Of a stretch of DNA of 64,000 nt, positions 26,830 through 42,440 are shown one piece after another. The notes beneath the pieces were generated by a model, which was not told the DNA's origin, searched no databases, and saw nothing but the letters and a program-made list of their open reading frames with translations. Each line of letters opens with the position of its first letter. Position 1 is the stretch's first letter. The stretch lies in the NCBI RefSeq assembly GCF_009914755.1, contig NC_060937.1; one strand, written 5' to 3'. This DNA comes from the human T2T-CHM13v2.0 reference genome, Homo sapiens. The position numbers were made by a program, and so were the translations under genes.

Positions 26830-28605
26830 GTTTTGACTTACTGAAATATGAAAAAAGTAACTCTCTAATTTGATTTAAAATATTAGAGAGCCTTCAAGAC
26901 AGTAAGGAATTGCTGGCCCAAGATCCTAGAAGGGAGGAAAATGATGAAAGTATGATTCATCAGTGTGCATCATTTCCACTTGAAATAATAGTCATTGCCT
27001 AAAGCAGTGTTTGAGAATCGGAGAATCTGAAAAGCATTTTCAAAGAATTGCAGATTAGGAGGCTATATTTTACGTAAATTTCCAACAAAAAGAAAGATCT
27101 GTGATAAAGGCCCTAGCATAAATTGGGTTCCTAAGTGTCTATATCTAAAAAATAAAAGCAAACAAGAAATATATCTCATAAGGACTGAAGCTTAGGTTTA
27201 AATCAACTCTATAATTGATTAATTATATGAGGACTGATAAGTATCTAAGCACAAGTGGCCACAAAATGTGTGAAAATATAACTTCTCTGAAGAAAAGTAA
27301 TATCATTCAGAGTTTTAAAATATCTTTGTAATATTTAATGGCCAAACATATAAAGAGGCATTTGCCTAAAATAAAATAAACCATTGAAATACACATAAGG
27401 ATAAGCTAGACAATGTTGTCATCAGGCACATCTTTTAAAAAGAGTATAAAATGATGATAAAAAGATTTATAAAATGGTGATTTAGGGAAGAAAATTTGAA
27501 AGTATATTAAAATGATAGAACTGAGTACTGCAATAAATGAAATTAAAAACTCAAAAATTGGATGTAGGAGCATAATGCCTAAGCTGAAAATAATTCAATG
27601 GGAATTGGAACACAGGTCAAAAGAATATATTCAGACTGAAGCAGAGAAAAAGCAGCAAGAAAATAAAGACAAAAATAAGAGACAAAGGCAAATGGTGAGA
27701 AATATCACACATATATTTCTGCAGTTTCAGAAAGAGAAAAAAATTGGCACAGTAATACTGAAAGAGATAATGGCTTAGAATTTTCAAGATCTTTTAAAAT
27801 TATCAATGTTATAAATACAAAGAAAACTGCTAGACATACACATCTGAGAAAATCTGAAACAAAGTAACAACTTTAACAAGAGCCAAAGACATATTATTTT
27901 CAACTGTCTCCTAATAAAAAATAGAAGCCAGAAAATAATGGAAGGATATGTTGAAAGTGCTACAAAATAAATAACTTGCAATCAACAATTCTTTACCTTA
28001 AGCCTAAGAAAACATATCAAAGATAAAATTCATATTTTTAAGGAAATAAACAAAAACGACAAAGAAAAAAAGCCTAAAAATATTTGTCCATACCAGCACA
28101 GACTAAAGGAAATAATAAAAAGGGTTTTCTCTATAGGCAAAAAATAATATCAGATGGAAGGTTGATAGGCAGGAAAAAATGAAAAGCCAAAGGAAGTGTA
28201 AATATCTGGATTGAATGAACACTAAATGAAACTAACTTTATAAAATAATAAAACGGTATTGGAGAAGTCTAAAGTGCACATCACACTAAAATAAGCAACA
28301 ACGACATATAGATTGACAGATGATAAAAGATCTTAAGTAGTTTGCATTTCCAGTAAGTGGTAAAGAATTAATATTAAATCAAATGTCAAGATTTATGTTG
28401 CAATCTCTAGGTAACAAGTAATAGAAAGTGAAGTATGTATAACAAACATTCCAACTGAAGAAGAAAAAAAATGCTTATTCAATTCTTAAAACCAACAATA
28501 CTGAGAAACAAAAGTGGTGAAATAAATAGTAGAAGCATGATAGATTAAATCATAAGTATTTAAATTATAACAGTATGTGAGCTAAATAATTCACTTGAAG
28601 AAAAA
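26830..28605 (+). mobile_element. Old L1M 5' region and ORF1
   Basis: ORF 27512-27778 has L1 ORF1 coiled-coil character (INEIKNS...ELEHRSKEYIQTE). A-rich strand bias. Confidence 0.6.
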
Positions 28606-28614
28606 GAGCTCAGC

Positions 28615-31600
28615 TTTAAAGATGGCCAACCAGATGCAGCCAAGAGGAAGATCTGCCACTGAGAGACGGAAACATCCGGAAGACTGGGGCACACGGAGCA
28701 GATCTTCAGAGAAAAGGCCTTTAGAGTGGATGGAGGGAGGATGCAGACGCTGGGCTGAAGGAGGAGGAAATTGGAAAACCTGCAAGGGGTTTCCAAGAAC
28801 TAGGGCTTATTTCTGGCCCCCTGCAACTCCTCAGAAAGGGGTAAGTTGAACAGACAAGGAGTGACCAGCTCCTGTCACGGACCTCCAGAAACTGGGCAGG
28901 AGAAAAGCTCGTGACCCTCACGGACACTTAAGCTGGCAGGGAGGGTGACTTAGAGAGGTGGTAGGAGCAGGACTCCAGCCCATGAGGAGCCCAGTGAGTT
29001 TGATGCGGGAACATCTGTAGTGGAGGACGGCCAGGGACACTCATCTCTCAAGGCTCACCCTGCTTCTCTACAAGACTTTGCCATAGAGTTACTGTCCGAC
29101 TTGGGTGAAACAGGGCAGTCTTGCCCGTAAGGCAGTGCCAGTCTGATCCGAGCTCCCGCCTGTCTGCTGTCCTCTCCCAGGGCCCCAGCCTGGACATGAC
29201 CATTGACAGCACAGAATCGGACACCCAACCAGGGTGATTTCTGAGGGCTCTCATCATAGCTCCTTGATATGGTTTGTCTATGTCGCCACCCAAATCTCAT
29301 CTTGACTTGTAGCTCCGATAATTCCCAAGTGTTGTGGGAGGGACTCAGTGGGAGATAATTGAATCATGAGGCGGTTTCCCGCATACTGTTTTCGTGGTAG
29401 TGAATAAGTCTCAAGAGATCTGATAGTTTTATAAGGGGAAACCCCCTTCACTTGGCTCTCATTCTCTCTCTTGCCTGCTGCGATGTAAGCTGTGCATTTC
29501 GTCTTCCGCCATAATTGTGGGGACTCCCCAGCCACGTGAAACTGTGAGTCCATTAAACCTCTTTTTCTTTATAAATTACCCAGTCTTGGGCATGTCTTTA
29601 TCAGCAGCATGAAAACGGACTAATACACTCCTTCAATGGCAGGCCATGCCTGACCATTGAAGAGCTCCAAAAGAGTGGCTCTTGCCAATGTGCCGCAGTC
29701 TGCCTGCACCCTCCTGGCCGCACAGCTTTCCCGTTGCTGGCACAAACTCACCTGTGGCCACCCCCTTACCGCTTTACAGGAGCAGGCATGTAGAGGCAGA
29801 CCTCATTTTCGCTCTGCCATTGCACATTTGCATGTACACCCCACTGCTGCTGCTGGTGTGAAGCAACATGCTGCCCCCCCACACCACTAATGTGTGGGCA
29901 CTCAGTCGCACTGTCATTGCTGGTATAAACACATGCATAGACGCTGGTGACTCTGCCACCCTCTGCACACCACAATTGCCACTGTTGTGAACGAGCTCAC
30001 AGACGCCAGTGGCCCTATCCCCACAGCTGATGGTGTGAATATGAGCACAGATGCCGGTAACCCTGTCCTCTGTGCTGGTGCAAGTACATGTAGAAATGCT
30101 ATAGCCCCACTTCTGACAGTACCTCACCCAGCTGATGTGTACTCTCCACCATGCTACCATGGCTGCTGGCACACAGGAACAAGAATGCATCCCACTGCTG
30201 CCACCCTGATGAAGTGCTTTGGTGGGCACCATCTATGGCAGTGTTGTGTTCAGCAGATTGGGAACACCTCAGCCACTCCACTGCAGCTGGCTCCTGTCCT
30301 CAAGGGGCCAGAGAACAAAGCCAGGGGCCCTGTACCAGCCCTGCAGAGTTAGACCACACAAAACAGGAGTGCTGAGCTGAGAATTGGCCCCTAAAAATCT
30401 TTCATAAATAAACCCAATTAATTGAACCCACCTTATACCACAATCAAACCCCATAAAAGAAAATAAAAGCAAAATAAATAAATAAAACCAAAAGACAGCA
30501 ACTTCAAAGATTAAAGGGACAACGGCCCACACAGATGAGAAAGAACTAGTTAAAAAGTTTGGCAACTCTAAAAGCCAAAGTGTCTTCTTACCTCCAAACA
30601 GCCTCACTAGTTCCCAAGTAATGGTTCTTAACCAAGCTGAAATGGCTGAAATGACAGAAATTGAATTCAGAATATACATAGAAATGAAGATCGTCAACAT
30701 CCACCAGAAAGTCGGAACCCAATCCAAGGAATCCACGGAATACAATAAAGTGATACAGGAGATTAAAGACTAAATGGCCATATTAAGAAAGAACAAAACT
30801 GGTCTGATACAGCTGAAAAGCTATGAGAATTTCATGATACAGTTGTAACTATTAACAGCAGAATTGACCAAGCCGAGGGAAGACTCTCAGAGCTCAAAGA
30901 TGGGTTCTTCAAAATAACTCAGTCAGACAAAATAAAGACAAACAACAAAGAAGAATGAACAAAACCTTTGAGAAATATGGAATTATGTAAAACTACCAAA
31001 TCTCCATCTCATTGCCACCCTTGAAAGGGAAGGTGAGACAACAAGCAACTTAAAAATTATACGTGGGGAATCATCTATAAAAATTTTTCCAGTCTCACTG
31101 GGGAGGCCAACATTCAAATTCAGGAAATGCAGGGAACCCGTATGAGATACTATACACAAAGACTATCCCCAAGACATATAATCATCAGATTCTCCAAGGT
31201 TGAAATGAAAGAAAAAAATGTTAAAGGCAGCTAGAGAAGGGACAGGTCACCTAAAAAGGGAACCCCATCAGGCTAACAATAGACCTTTCAACAGAAACCA
31301 CAGGAGCCAGAAAAGACTGGGGCCTGTATTCAGCTTTCATAAAGAAAAGAAATTCCAATCCAGAATTCCACATCCAGTCAAACTAAATTTCACAGGCAAA
31401 GGAGAAATAAGACCCTTTATAGACAAGCAAATACAAAGAGAATTTATAACCACCAGACCCACATTACAGGAGGTCCTTAACAGGTGCTAAATATGGAAAA
31501 GGAAGACCATTACCAGCCACCAGAAAAACACGTGTACGTACCTACATACATTATAAAGCACTAGAAAGCCACAATGCAATTACATTTGCATAATAATAAG

Positions 31601-31667
31601 CTAATGACATGATGACAAGATCAAATCTGCACATACCAATATTAACCTTGAATACAAATGGGCTAAA
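28615..31667 (+). mobile_element. Old L1P (L1PA13-16/L1PREC2-like) 5'UTR and ORF1, truncated at the ORF2 start
   Basis: AAGATGGCC start, GC-rich 5'UTR with diverged tandem repeats (~29770-30230), ORF1 remnant MLKAARE...REFITTRPTLQEVL. Ends at AATGGGCTAAA. Confidence 0.85.
29265..29627 (+). mobile_element. THE1B solo LTR (MaLR)
   Basis: TGATATGGTTTG...GGACTAATACA with a perfect 5-bp TSD CTCCT. Confidence 0.95.
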
Positions 31668-33360
31668 ATAAAATTAATAAATCTATATGTTCATTTTTAT
31701 AAAGGTCAATTATATACATATACCACAGCCAAGACAAATCAAGAAAAGTGGGAGTAGGTGCAAACAAATTAGAAAAGGATGCTATATAAAATGTTTTGCC
31801 AAAAATATATGAGAAAATTTAGATGAAATGGACAAAATTCAAGAAAAAACAACTTTTCCAAACAAAATCTGTGTATTCCTGTATTTATTAAAATATTAAA
31901 TTCAAAATTACAAATATTCCTCTGAAAACATCATTAATCAAAGATAACTTCCCTGCTGAAATCTACCTTTAAGAAAGTAATTATGTAAACTCTACAGAAA
32001 CTCTTCCAGAGAAGAGAAAGTGAACACTAATATATTCAATTCTTATTTGAGTTCAGTATAAACTTGATACCATTAATATAGCCCAATATTTCTTTTACCC
32101 ATATATACAAAATTATTGATAAAATATTAGCAAATGAAATCCCCATCATTGATACAATGTTGAATAGAAATGTGAATACAAGTATCCTTTTCTCATTTCC
32201 AATTTCAAGGTAACTTTTTCATTATTTCATTTTTAACAATGACAATTGCTGTAGAATTTCTGTAGATTTATTAGATGAATACATTTATTTTAGATCTCTA
32301 CATTTCCAAAATCTTTTATAATGAGTGGTTTTTGGGTTTATTAATGCATTTTCAAATTTATTGAAATAATCATCTTTTTGTTAACTGTATTAAGGAAAAA
32401 AAGCAAAAACAATTAAAAGAAAAGATGAAAACTATTATTCAAACATGACATGATTTTCTGAATTGAACATCAGATGAATCCACGTATAAACAATAAAAAT
32501 TAATAAGGGTATCCATATGCAAAGCCAATATATAAAATATGGTGAGTTTTGGTACTAAATCATTAGCATGAAAACATCATTTAAGATAACAACAAAACAT
32601 TGAGGAAATTAAACTATGAAAAGATGAAAAGAATTCTATTTAGAACACTATAAAATATTGAGAATAAGTGAAAAATATGTAAGAAGATATACGTTTATAA
32701 ATAGAATAATTAATATAATGGATAAGTTATTTCTTCCCAAATTTATCTATAGATTCAACACAGTCACAGACCTAACCACAGAATTTTTTGGAAAGCAACA
32801 AGGTAATTCTAAATTTATATAGAATAAAAAGAGTAAAATTAGAAAGACTTATTTAAACAAATATTAAGGGTTATTATAAAGCTACAATAAATATTGGCAG
32901 GAGGATAGACAAATCGACCAATGAAATATAATACAGTACAGAAATTCTTCCACATAGGAAAGTTCAATGGATTTGTGGCAAGTTTTATAAAGTTACATAG
33001 AATAAATGGATGGTCTTCTCAAACATTGGTGCATACATATGGATGTCCATAGAGTAAAATTTGCATCTTAACCACTAACTCACACCATACATTAAAATTA
33101 TTTCCTATAGGCAAATTATGTTTCAAATATAAAAGGTAGGCATTTAGCTTTCACATTTCACATTTCATAAAACTCCTAGAAGGTAAACTAGGTTAATATC
33201 TTTATGACCTCAAGTAAGAATGTTTTCTTAACCCAAGCACAGTAAAAGCATTAACCAGATTGGAAAATAATAATGAATTAGACAATACAAGAAGAACTCA
33301 CAAAAATCCATACAGCATGTACATCTAAGGGTTTTCATTAGAAGTCAAAAAATAAGCTAT
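31668..33360 (+). mobile_element. Old L1M ORF2 fragments, with an opposite-strand L1 piece at ~32150-32390
   Basis: TTAGATGAAATGGACAAA, CAGAAACTCTTCCAG, ATCTATAGATTCAA and TATTATAAAGCTACA motifs. Confidence 0.6.
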
Positions 33361-35216
33361 AGCAAGAAAGTGGGTATAGGCAAGCATCTGAGGCTTTAGA
33401 AGCATCTAGGTGCAAGTGTACTAGGGCCCTTATTCATACAAGGACACACTTCTCCAGTTTGAATCAACAAAATCTGTGCTTCAGGAAAGCTCAAGGCAGA
33501 TGTTCCCAGTGGAGTCATTAATGCCTTTCTGGTCAAGCCAGACTGTCTAACAGATTATGCTGGGTGAAGACTGTCAGTAAACAAACTGGCCCTAGAGTTG
33601 CTAGGGAAGTTACAGACTAAACAGCATGCTGTAAACCCCACTGCCCTTATCTTAGCGAACAGTCTAAGCCAGAAATTTTTAAATCCCCAAAGAAAAGGAT
33701 AGAGCATTCCCAGTCCAGCTGCTAAATAACCCCATTTTACACAACTCAAATATTTTAGACAGGAATTTATTTATCTAGCTCAGTGCTTAGAATACACTTT
33801 CTTATCTGAGAAGTTATATCTGTATTCTTCTTAAACTTACACTTTATATAACTTGTTTTTAATAGTCAGTAGATGAAAGTATGACAAAAAAGTGTATATT
33901 CTATACATACTCAGTTAAATAAAAGCTTAGATGGTTAGGTGGGCAGATATATCACCCCTTTTTGTTACTTTTGTCCCATATGTTGTCTTCATCTCTAAAA
34001 CTTCATGGCTTATTTTTTAGACCTTTTCATTCTATCCGAAAAGTCTCAACTCTGTATTACACTTTCAAATTACTTCAGTTATCAGTGTTTCAACTTCTAA
34101 TGTTCTTTCTCCTCTGTTCAATATGCTGTTGAGCCCTTACTTTTAATTATTGCATTATTATTTTTGTAATTTCCATTTCTGTGGTTAAATTCTTTATAGT
34201 TTTTTTTTAACTTCTCAGGTATGTGAGACAGCTGGAAACTCTGTTTTGCTTTATAGAAATTATTCTCCTTAATTTCTTAGACTCTTACTTTGGGTAGTTT
34301 GAGAATCTGAAAATTCTTAAAGGAAACAAACAATAGACATCTCCTTCCAGGTGGATTTTTGAGTAAGAAAGATAAAATTAAGCTTCCCCACTTAAACAAA
34401 TCACAAAGCAGACTTACATACAAGGAAATGGTTTTCATATATTGACCAATGTGCAGTTCAGGAGAGTAATCCCCAAAGAAGAAAATAAATGAAGTGAGCC
34501 CCTCAACTGTCCTAGCTTCCTGCTTGCACATTTGTCAAGCTCCTAAACTACCTGAGTTGAGGAGACAAAGTCTGGGGAGACGAAGTTTAAAATGACAATT
34601 GCCTGGGAAAATGAAGGGGAGTAGAATTGTTAAGGCAGAGTACCCAGGAGGGAGAAAGCTGCACAGAGACAATATCGCAGATATTTGCAAAGGGTTCTTT
34701 TCAAACCTTCAGCTGAGTACTAATCAGCACATCTGTATGAAGAAACTATTGAGGCTAGGAAAATAACTCCATGAAAGGAAGAAAGGGAGCAATCTCCACA
34801 GGGCCTGGGTACAGCTCAGTTAAGCTTACCTGATGGCCAGTGTGCCTTTGAGTACAAAAGGGGGAGTGCCAAATCTTTCAGGTAGCGAATAGGAAGTTGA
34901 GGGTAGACAAAACAACAACAACAACAACAACACCTGGTTAAGTAAAATCTTAGAGCTGAAGAGCTGAAAGGATGATTTTAGAACGATAGAAGGAGGAGTG
35001 AGGAAGGTTTAGGTAAACATTCTAGGTAGAGAGCAAGGATCTGGGATGTTTTCAGAGAATTTTCAGTGTTCAGTATGGCTGCATCACGGGGTCACAATAA
35101 GAATAAGGCAGAAAAGAAACGTTGAGAGTCAAGTTTTAGACATTAGAAGGCTTTGAATACCTGTTTAAGAAAAATAGCTTCATAGCCTGTAGATTACACG
35201 GTGGAGAACCAAAGTA

Positions 35217-35478
35217 CAGGTTTTCTTCCATTTACAGTGGGGTTACATCCTAATAAACTCAGTGTAAATTGAAAATGTTTTTAATCCTCCTAACCTACCC
35301 AACATCATAGCTTAGCCTAGCCTACCTTATATGTGTTCGGAACACTTACATTAGCCTACAGTTGGGAAAAAAATCAAAATTCAAAAATGGAAATATTCTT
35401 TCTACTGAATGTGTATTGTTTTCACAATATCATAAGTCTAAAAACCATAAGTTGAACCATTGTGTCAGGGACTGTCAT
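35217..35478 (+). mobile_element. MER47A (Tigger)
   Basis: GGGGTTACATCCTAATAAAC...CATCATAGCTTAGCCTAGCCTACC. Confidence 0.85.
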
Positions 35479-35594
35479 TTATATAGAAAAAAACTTATAG
35501 ATATATTGCAGAAAGGCCATTCATGATTTTATAAATAATGAAATTGAATCAAAATCTTTAGTAATAAGTTAGAAATCTATTATAAATTCAGTAG

Positions 35595-36412
35595 AGGTGA
35601 ATAATATTTCACTGCAGATATATACCATATTTTCTTTGCCCATTCATCCGTTACAGAAATGTAAGTTGTTTCTACATCTTGCCTAGTATGAATAGTGCTG
35701 CAGTGAACATTGGAATGCTGATAGTTCTTCAAGATTCTGACTGTAGTTCTTTCAGAAAAATACCCAGAAGTGGCATAGCTTCATATGGTAGTTCTATTTT
35801 TAATTTTTGAGGAATCTCTACACTGTTTTAGCAACTGCACCATTTTGCATTCCCACCAACCCTGTACAAGAGTTCCAAATTTTCCACATCCTCACCAACA
35901 CTTGTTGTCTTTTGTTTTGTTTGTGTTTGTGTTGTTTCTGATAATAGCCATGCTGATAGACTTGAGGTGATATCTCATTGTGATTTTGATTGGTATTTTC
36001 TGATGATTAGTGACATATAAAATAATTTTATTCAGCCTTAAACAAGAAGGAAGTCCTGAAATAAGTGACAACATGGATGAACCTTAAGGACATTATGTTA
36101 AGTGAAATAAGCAAGTTATAGAAGACAAATACTGCATAATTGAAATTATGCATATCTAAAATAGTCAAACTCATAGAATCAGAGAGTAGAATTGTAGTTG
36201 CTAGTGGCTGGGAGGAGGGAGAAATGGAGAGTTGCTAATCAACTAATCAATAGGAATAAAGTCTCAATTATGCAATATGAATAAGTTCAAGGGATCTGCT
36301 AGAACTTATGCTATAGTTAACAATATTGTATTGTACACTTAAACATTTGTTAGGAGGATAGATCTCATGTTAAATATTCTTACTACAATAAAATAAAATT
36401 TAAGAAAAAAGA
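35595..36412 (+). mobile_element. 5'-inverted L1MA/MB 3' end
   Basis: 35595-36013 is minus-strand L1 (ORF 35892-36074 ends ...RYHL...DNKCW). 36014-36412 is plus-strand 3' end with an A-rich tail. Confidence 0.8.
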
Positions 36413-36869
36413 ATACACAAATTAAAACAGTAGTGAAGCTTTTCAGAAGAATGTTAATTTGAACAGTAAATAAAAATAAAACCAACAAGTCCCTGAAAAA
36501 AATGCATGAAAAAGACAACGGAGTCTGGAATTAAGAAAGTGGGACTCAGTAAGAGATAAGTGACAGTGGTAGTAATAAGGGAATGGGATCACTGTTAAAT
36601 ATAATATGTGGACAAAGGGGCTTTTATTTGAGTGAATGAAGGAAGATTGTTTACTTCATCATAATAGTGCTATTAAATGAGAAACAGATTGGGGTGGGAA
36701 ATTAAGGGATTTTAAAAAATATATTGAGTTTGAATTGTGGGATGTCCAGATAAAAATGCCAAGTAAACAGCTGGATTTAAATGCCTGGAAACCACAACTG
36801 AGGTCTACACTAATAATATTCTTTCTTCAAATACATAATTATGTTTGATCAATAAAACTGTGTGAAATA

Positions 36870-37428
<559 letters not shown>

Positions 37429-37989
37429 ATTAATAACCATAATTTCAAGGAAACTATGTGGGATAATAGTTAATATGTCATGTATTATAAAAAACTAAGA
37501 GTACATAAATAAATATAGGACTTTAACCCAATCATTAATAGAAAACATTAATGTTACTTAACCCTAAATAATAAAATTACAGTTGATATATTTTTAAATA
37601 TTTTATTAAATTGCATTTACTGAGCCAGTCTTTAATAATGCATATGAATATGTGACTATAATAAGAAAATAAAATGTTCACATAGTATAAAAATAACTCA
37701 ATTTACTTAATGTTCACAATTAAGCAAATAAATTCAAATGTATATACACATTTCAGAGGCTTTAAGGGAATACTTCACATATTGACATTAAGTATATCTG
37801 GTTATGAGGAGTTAGGGAATATTTCTGTTTTGATTTCTACAGGTACAAAATACAGTTCTCTCTTTTCCACTATGAAGGAAATTACCTTCTAGAAACATCA
37901 GAAATTTTAGACATTTTGTTGTTTCTTTCCTATGGATAAAACTGTTATATGGTCTCTGAAAACTGGGAATGCATTTTTCTTTTTTTAAA

Positions 37990-38156
37990 CTTCCTTCCTT
38001 CTCTCCTTCCTTCCTTCCTTCTTTCTTTCCTTCCTTCTTCCTTCCTTCCTTCCTTCTTTTCCTCTTCCTTCCTTTTTTCTCGTCTTCCCCCCTTTCCTTC
38101 CTTCTTTCCCTCCTTCCTCTGTTTGTTCCTTCTCTCTCTTTCTCTCTCTCTCCCTC
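37990..38156. repeat. CT-rich (TTCC)n simple repeat
   Basis: Near-pure polypyrimidine tract. Confidence 0.92.
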
Positions 38157-38702
38157 GTTAAAACAAATTGGAAGTCTCAGGTTTGTGAGGATGGAAAGGC
38201 CAAACTATTTCTTCTCTGTGCTTTATAATACACAATGTTATATATTATTACCTCTTTGTGCTTTCTGCCTGTGGGTGGGTTTCTCCAACTGCATAAACAG
38301 TCTGATGGTGTTGCAGTTATTATAGTGTACACCATTGTCGCAGCAAATACAACAGGGTTTTATCAGGTTAAAGAGTCAAACATTATTAGGTAACCATTCT
38401 AAAAGGGAAGACATGTGCTACAAAACTGTATTACCTCAAAGACGGAGGTTGTCATTCAATAAAATACATGATTTTGTTTTATATGAAATGTTGATGGACA
38501 CATTTTTACCCAATATATGCAGAGAACTATTTAACAAAAGAGCAGCAGTGACAGTGTCTAAAGTGGTGTTTGTGCAGTTAATACAGTGTGTTATTTAATG
38601 CAGACATGCAGCCTATCACTCAAAAGGGCATGCTTGTGACAGTTCAGTCTTTAACTGTGTATGTTACATAGCTATAAAAACTGCTTATAAATTCTTGCTT
38701 TG

Positions 38703-39307
38703 TGTATTAATCCGAATTCTCAAGAGATTCAGGAAAAGTAGGATATCTCTATATTTATTTATTATGAAAGAGAGAAAGACAGAAGGAGATAGATTTACTG
38801 TAAGAAACTGGCTCACACAATCGTGGAAACTGAGAAATTCAAGATATGCAGTTGGCAAACTGGAGACCCAGGAAAACCAATGTTATAGTTCCAGCCCTAT
38901 TCCAAAGTCTTCAGAACTAGGAGAGCTGATGGAGTAAGTTCTAATCTGAGTCTGAAGGCTTGAAAGTGAGAGCGTACCGGGTGTAGATTCCTTGTCTAAG
39001 TCCAAGTCAGAGGGCAAGAAGCCAGGCTTGTTGGTATATGCCTGTAGTCCCAGCTACTCAGGAGGCTGAGATTGGAAGATTGCTTGAGCCCATTTCGAGA
39101 CCAGTCTGGGCAACATAATTAGACCCTGTCACTACAAATTAAAAATTAAAAAATAAATTAGCTGTGTATGGTGGCATGAACCTGTACTCCCAGCTACTTG
39201 AGAGGCTGTGGGAAGATCACTTGAACCCAGGAGGTCCAGGCTCCAGTGAGCCATGATCTCATGACTGCACTCCTCCCTGGACAATATAGCAAGACCCTGT
39301 CTCAAAA

Positions 39308-39339
<32 letters not shown>

Positions 39340-39643
39340 AAAAAAACCTGGATTTGCAGCACCTTAAGAGACTAGGCGAAAGAAAAATGAAGGCAACAGA
39401 AGATTTGTGTCTCAGCTCAAAGACAGTCAGGCAGACAGAAAGGATTCTTTCTTACTCAGCCTTATATTCTCTTGAGGCTTCAACAAATTAGATGAGACCC
39501 ATATGTAGAGGGAAGTTTGGTTTATTCAGTCTACTGATTAAAATGTTAATCTCATCCAGAAATACCCTCACAGACACACCCCAGAATAATGTTTTGCCAA
39601 GTAGGGAACATATTCAAGTTAACACATAAAATCAACCATTACA
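38703..39643 (-). mobile_element. Older MLT2 (B/C/D-type) solo LTR inserted in a MIR and interrupted by AluJ
   Basis: TGTATTAATCC...CTGGAGACCCAGG...CCCTCACAGACACACCC...AACCATTACA. Flanks ctttg/ttctg. Confidence 0.8.
39020..39346 (+). mobile_element. AluJ
   Basis: Dimer with GAGCCATGATC and GCAAGACCCTGTCTC; long A tail. Confidence 0.88.
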
Positions 39644-39780
39644 TTCTGCCACTTAGTAGCTCTGTGACTTTGGGAAAACTCTGTCTCAGGTTTTTCATCT
39701 TGAAAACGGGAGTCATATAATAGTTTTACTATTTTATAGGGTGGATATTAGGTTTAAATGAAGTAATCCATGTATAAGAC
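39644..39780 (+). mobile_element. MIR, cut off at the MLT2A LTR
   Basis: CTGCCACTTAGTAGCTCTGTGACTTTGGG...CTCAGGTTTTTCATCT...AAATGAAGTAATCCATGTA. Confidence 0.8.
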
Positions 39781-40255
39781 TGTGACGGTTAATACTGAGT
39801 GTCAACTTGATTGGGTTGAAGGACACAAAGTATTAATCTTGGGTGGGTCTATGAGGGTGTTGCCAGAGAAGATCAGTGGGCTAGGAATGGCAGACCCACC
39901 CTTAATCTGGGTGGGCAGAATCTAATCAGCTGCCAGCACGGCTAGAATATAAGCAGGCAAAAAAATGTGAAAAGAGAGACTGGCCTAGGCTCCCAGCCTA
40001 CATCTTTCTCCCATGCTGGATTCTTCCTGCGCTTGAACATCAGACTCCGATTTCTTCAGTTTTGGGCCTCAGATTGGCTCTCCTTGCTCCTCAGTCTACA
40101 GATGGCCTGTTGTGGGACCTTGTGATCATGTGAGTTAATATTTAATAAACTCCTCTTTATCAGAATCTAGAAACTCAGTGTACCCATATACATATGTATA
40201 TTATATATATTTTTATATATTTATTTATATATATATTTATATTTTATATATATTT

Positions 40256-40302
<47 letters not shown>

Positions 40303-40432
40303 CATTGGTTCTGTCCTACTAGAGAACCTTGACTAATACAGATTTTGATACCAGGAGTGGTTCTAGAGGAGCAGAATATGAAGGTTGGAGTTCTTTTGTT
40401 GGTTTTGTGGTTCCTGGAGTTGGCTTCTTAAT

Positions 40433-42440
<2,008 letters not shown>

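Noticed and set aside
29657-30375. Multiple overlapping ORFs
   Set aside because: They lie in GC-rich tandem repeats of an L1 5'UTR, where stop codons are scarce.
37949-38325. Phe/Leu/Ser/Pro-rich ORFs
   Set aside because: Translation of the CT simple repeat.
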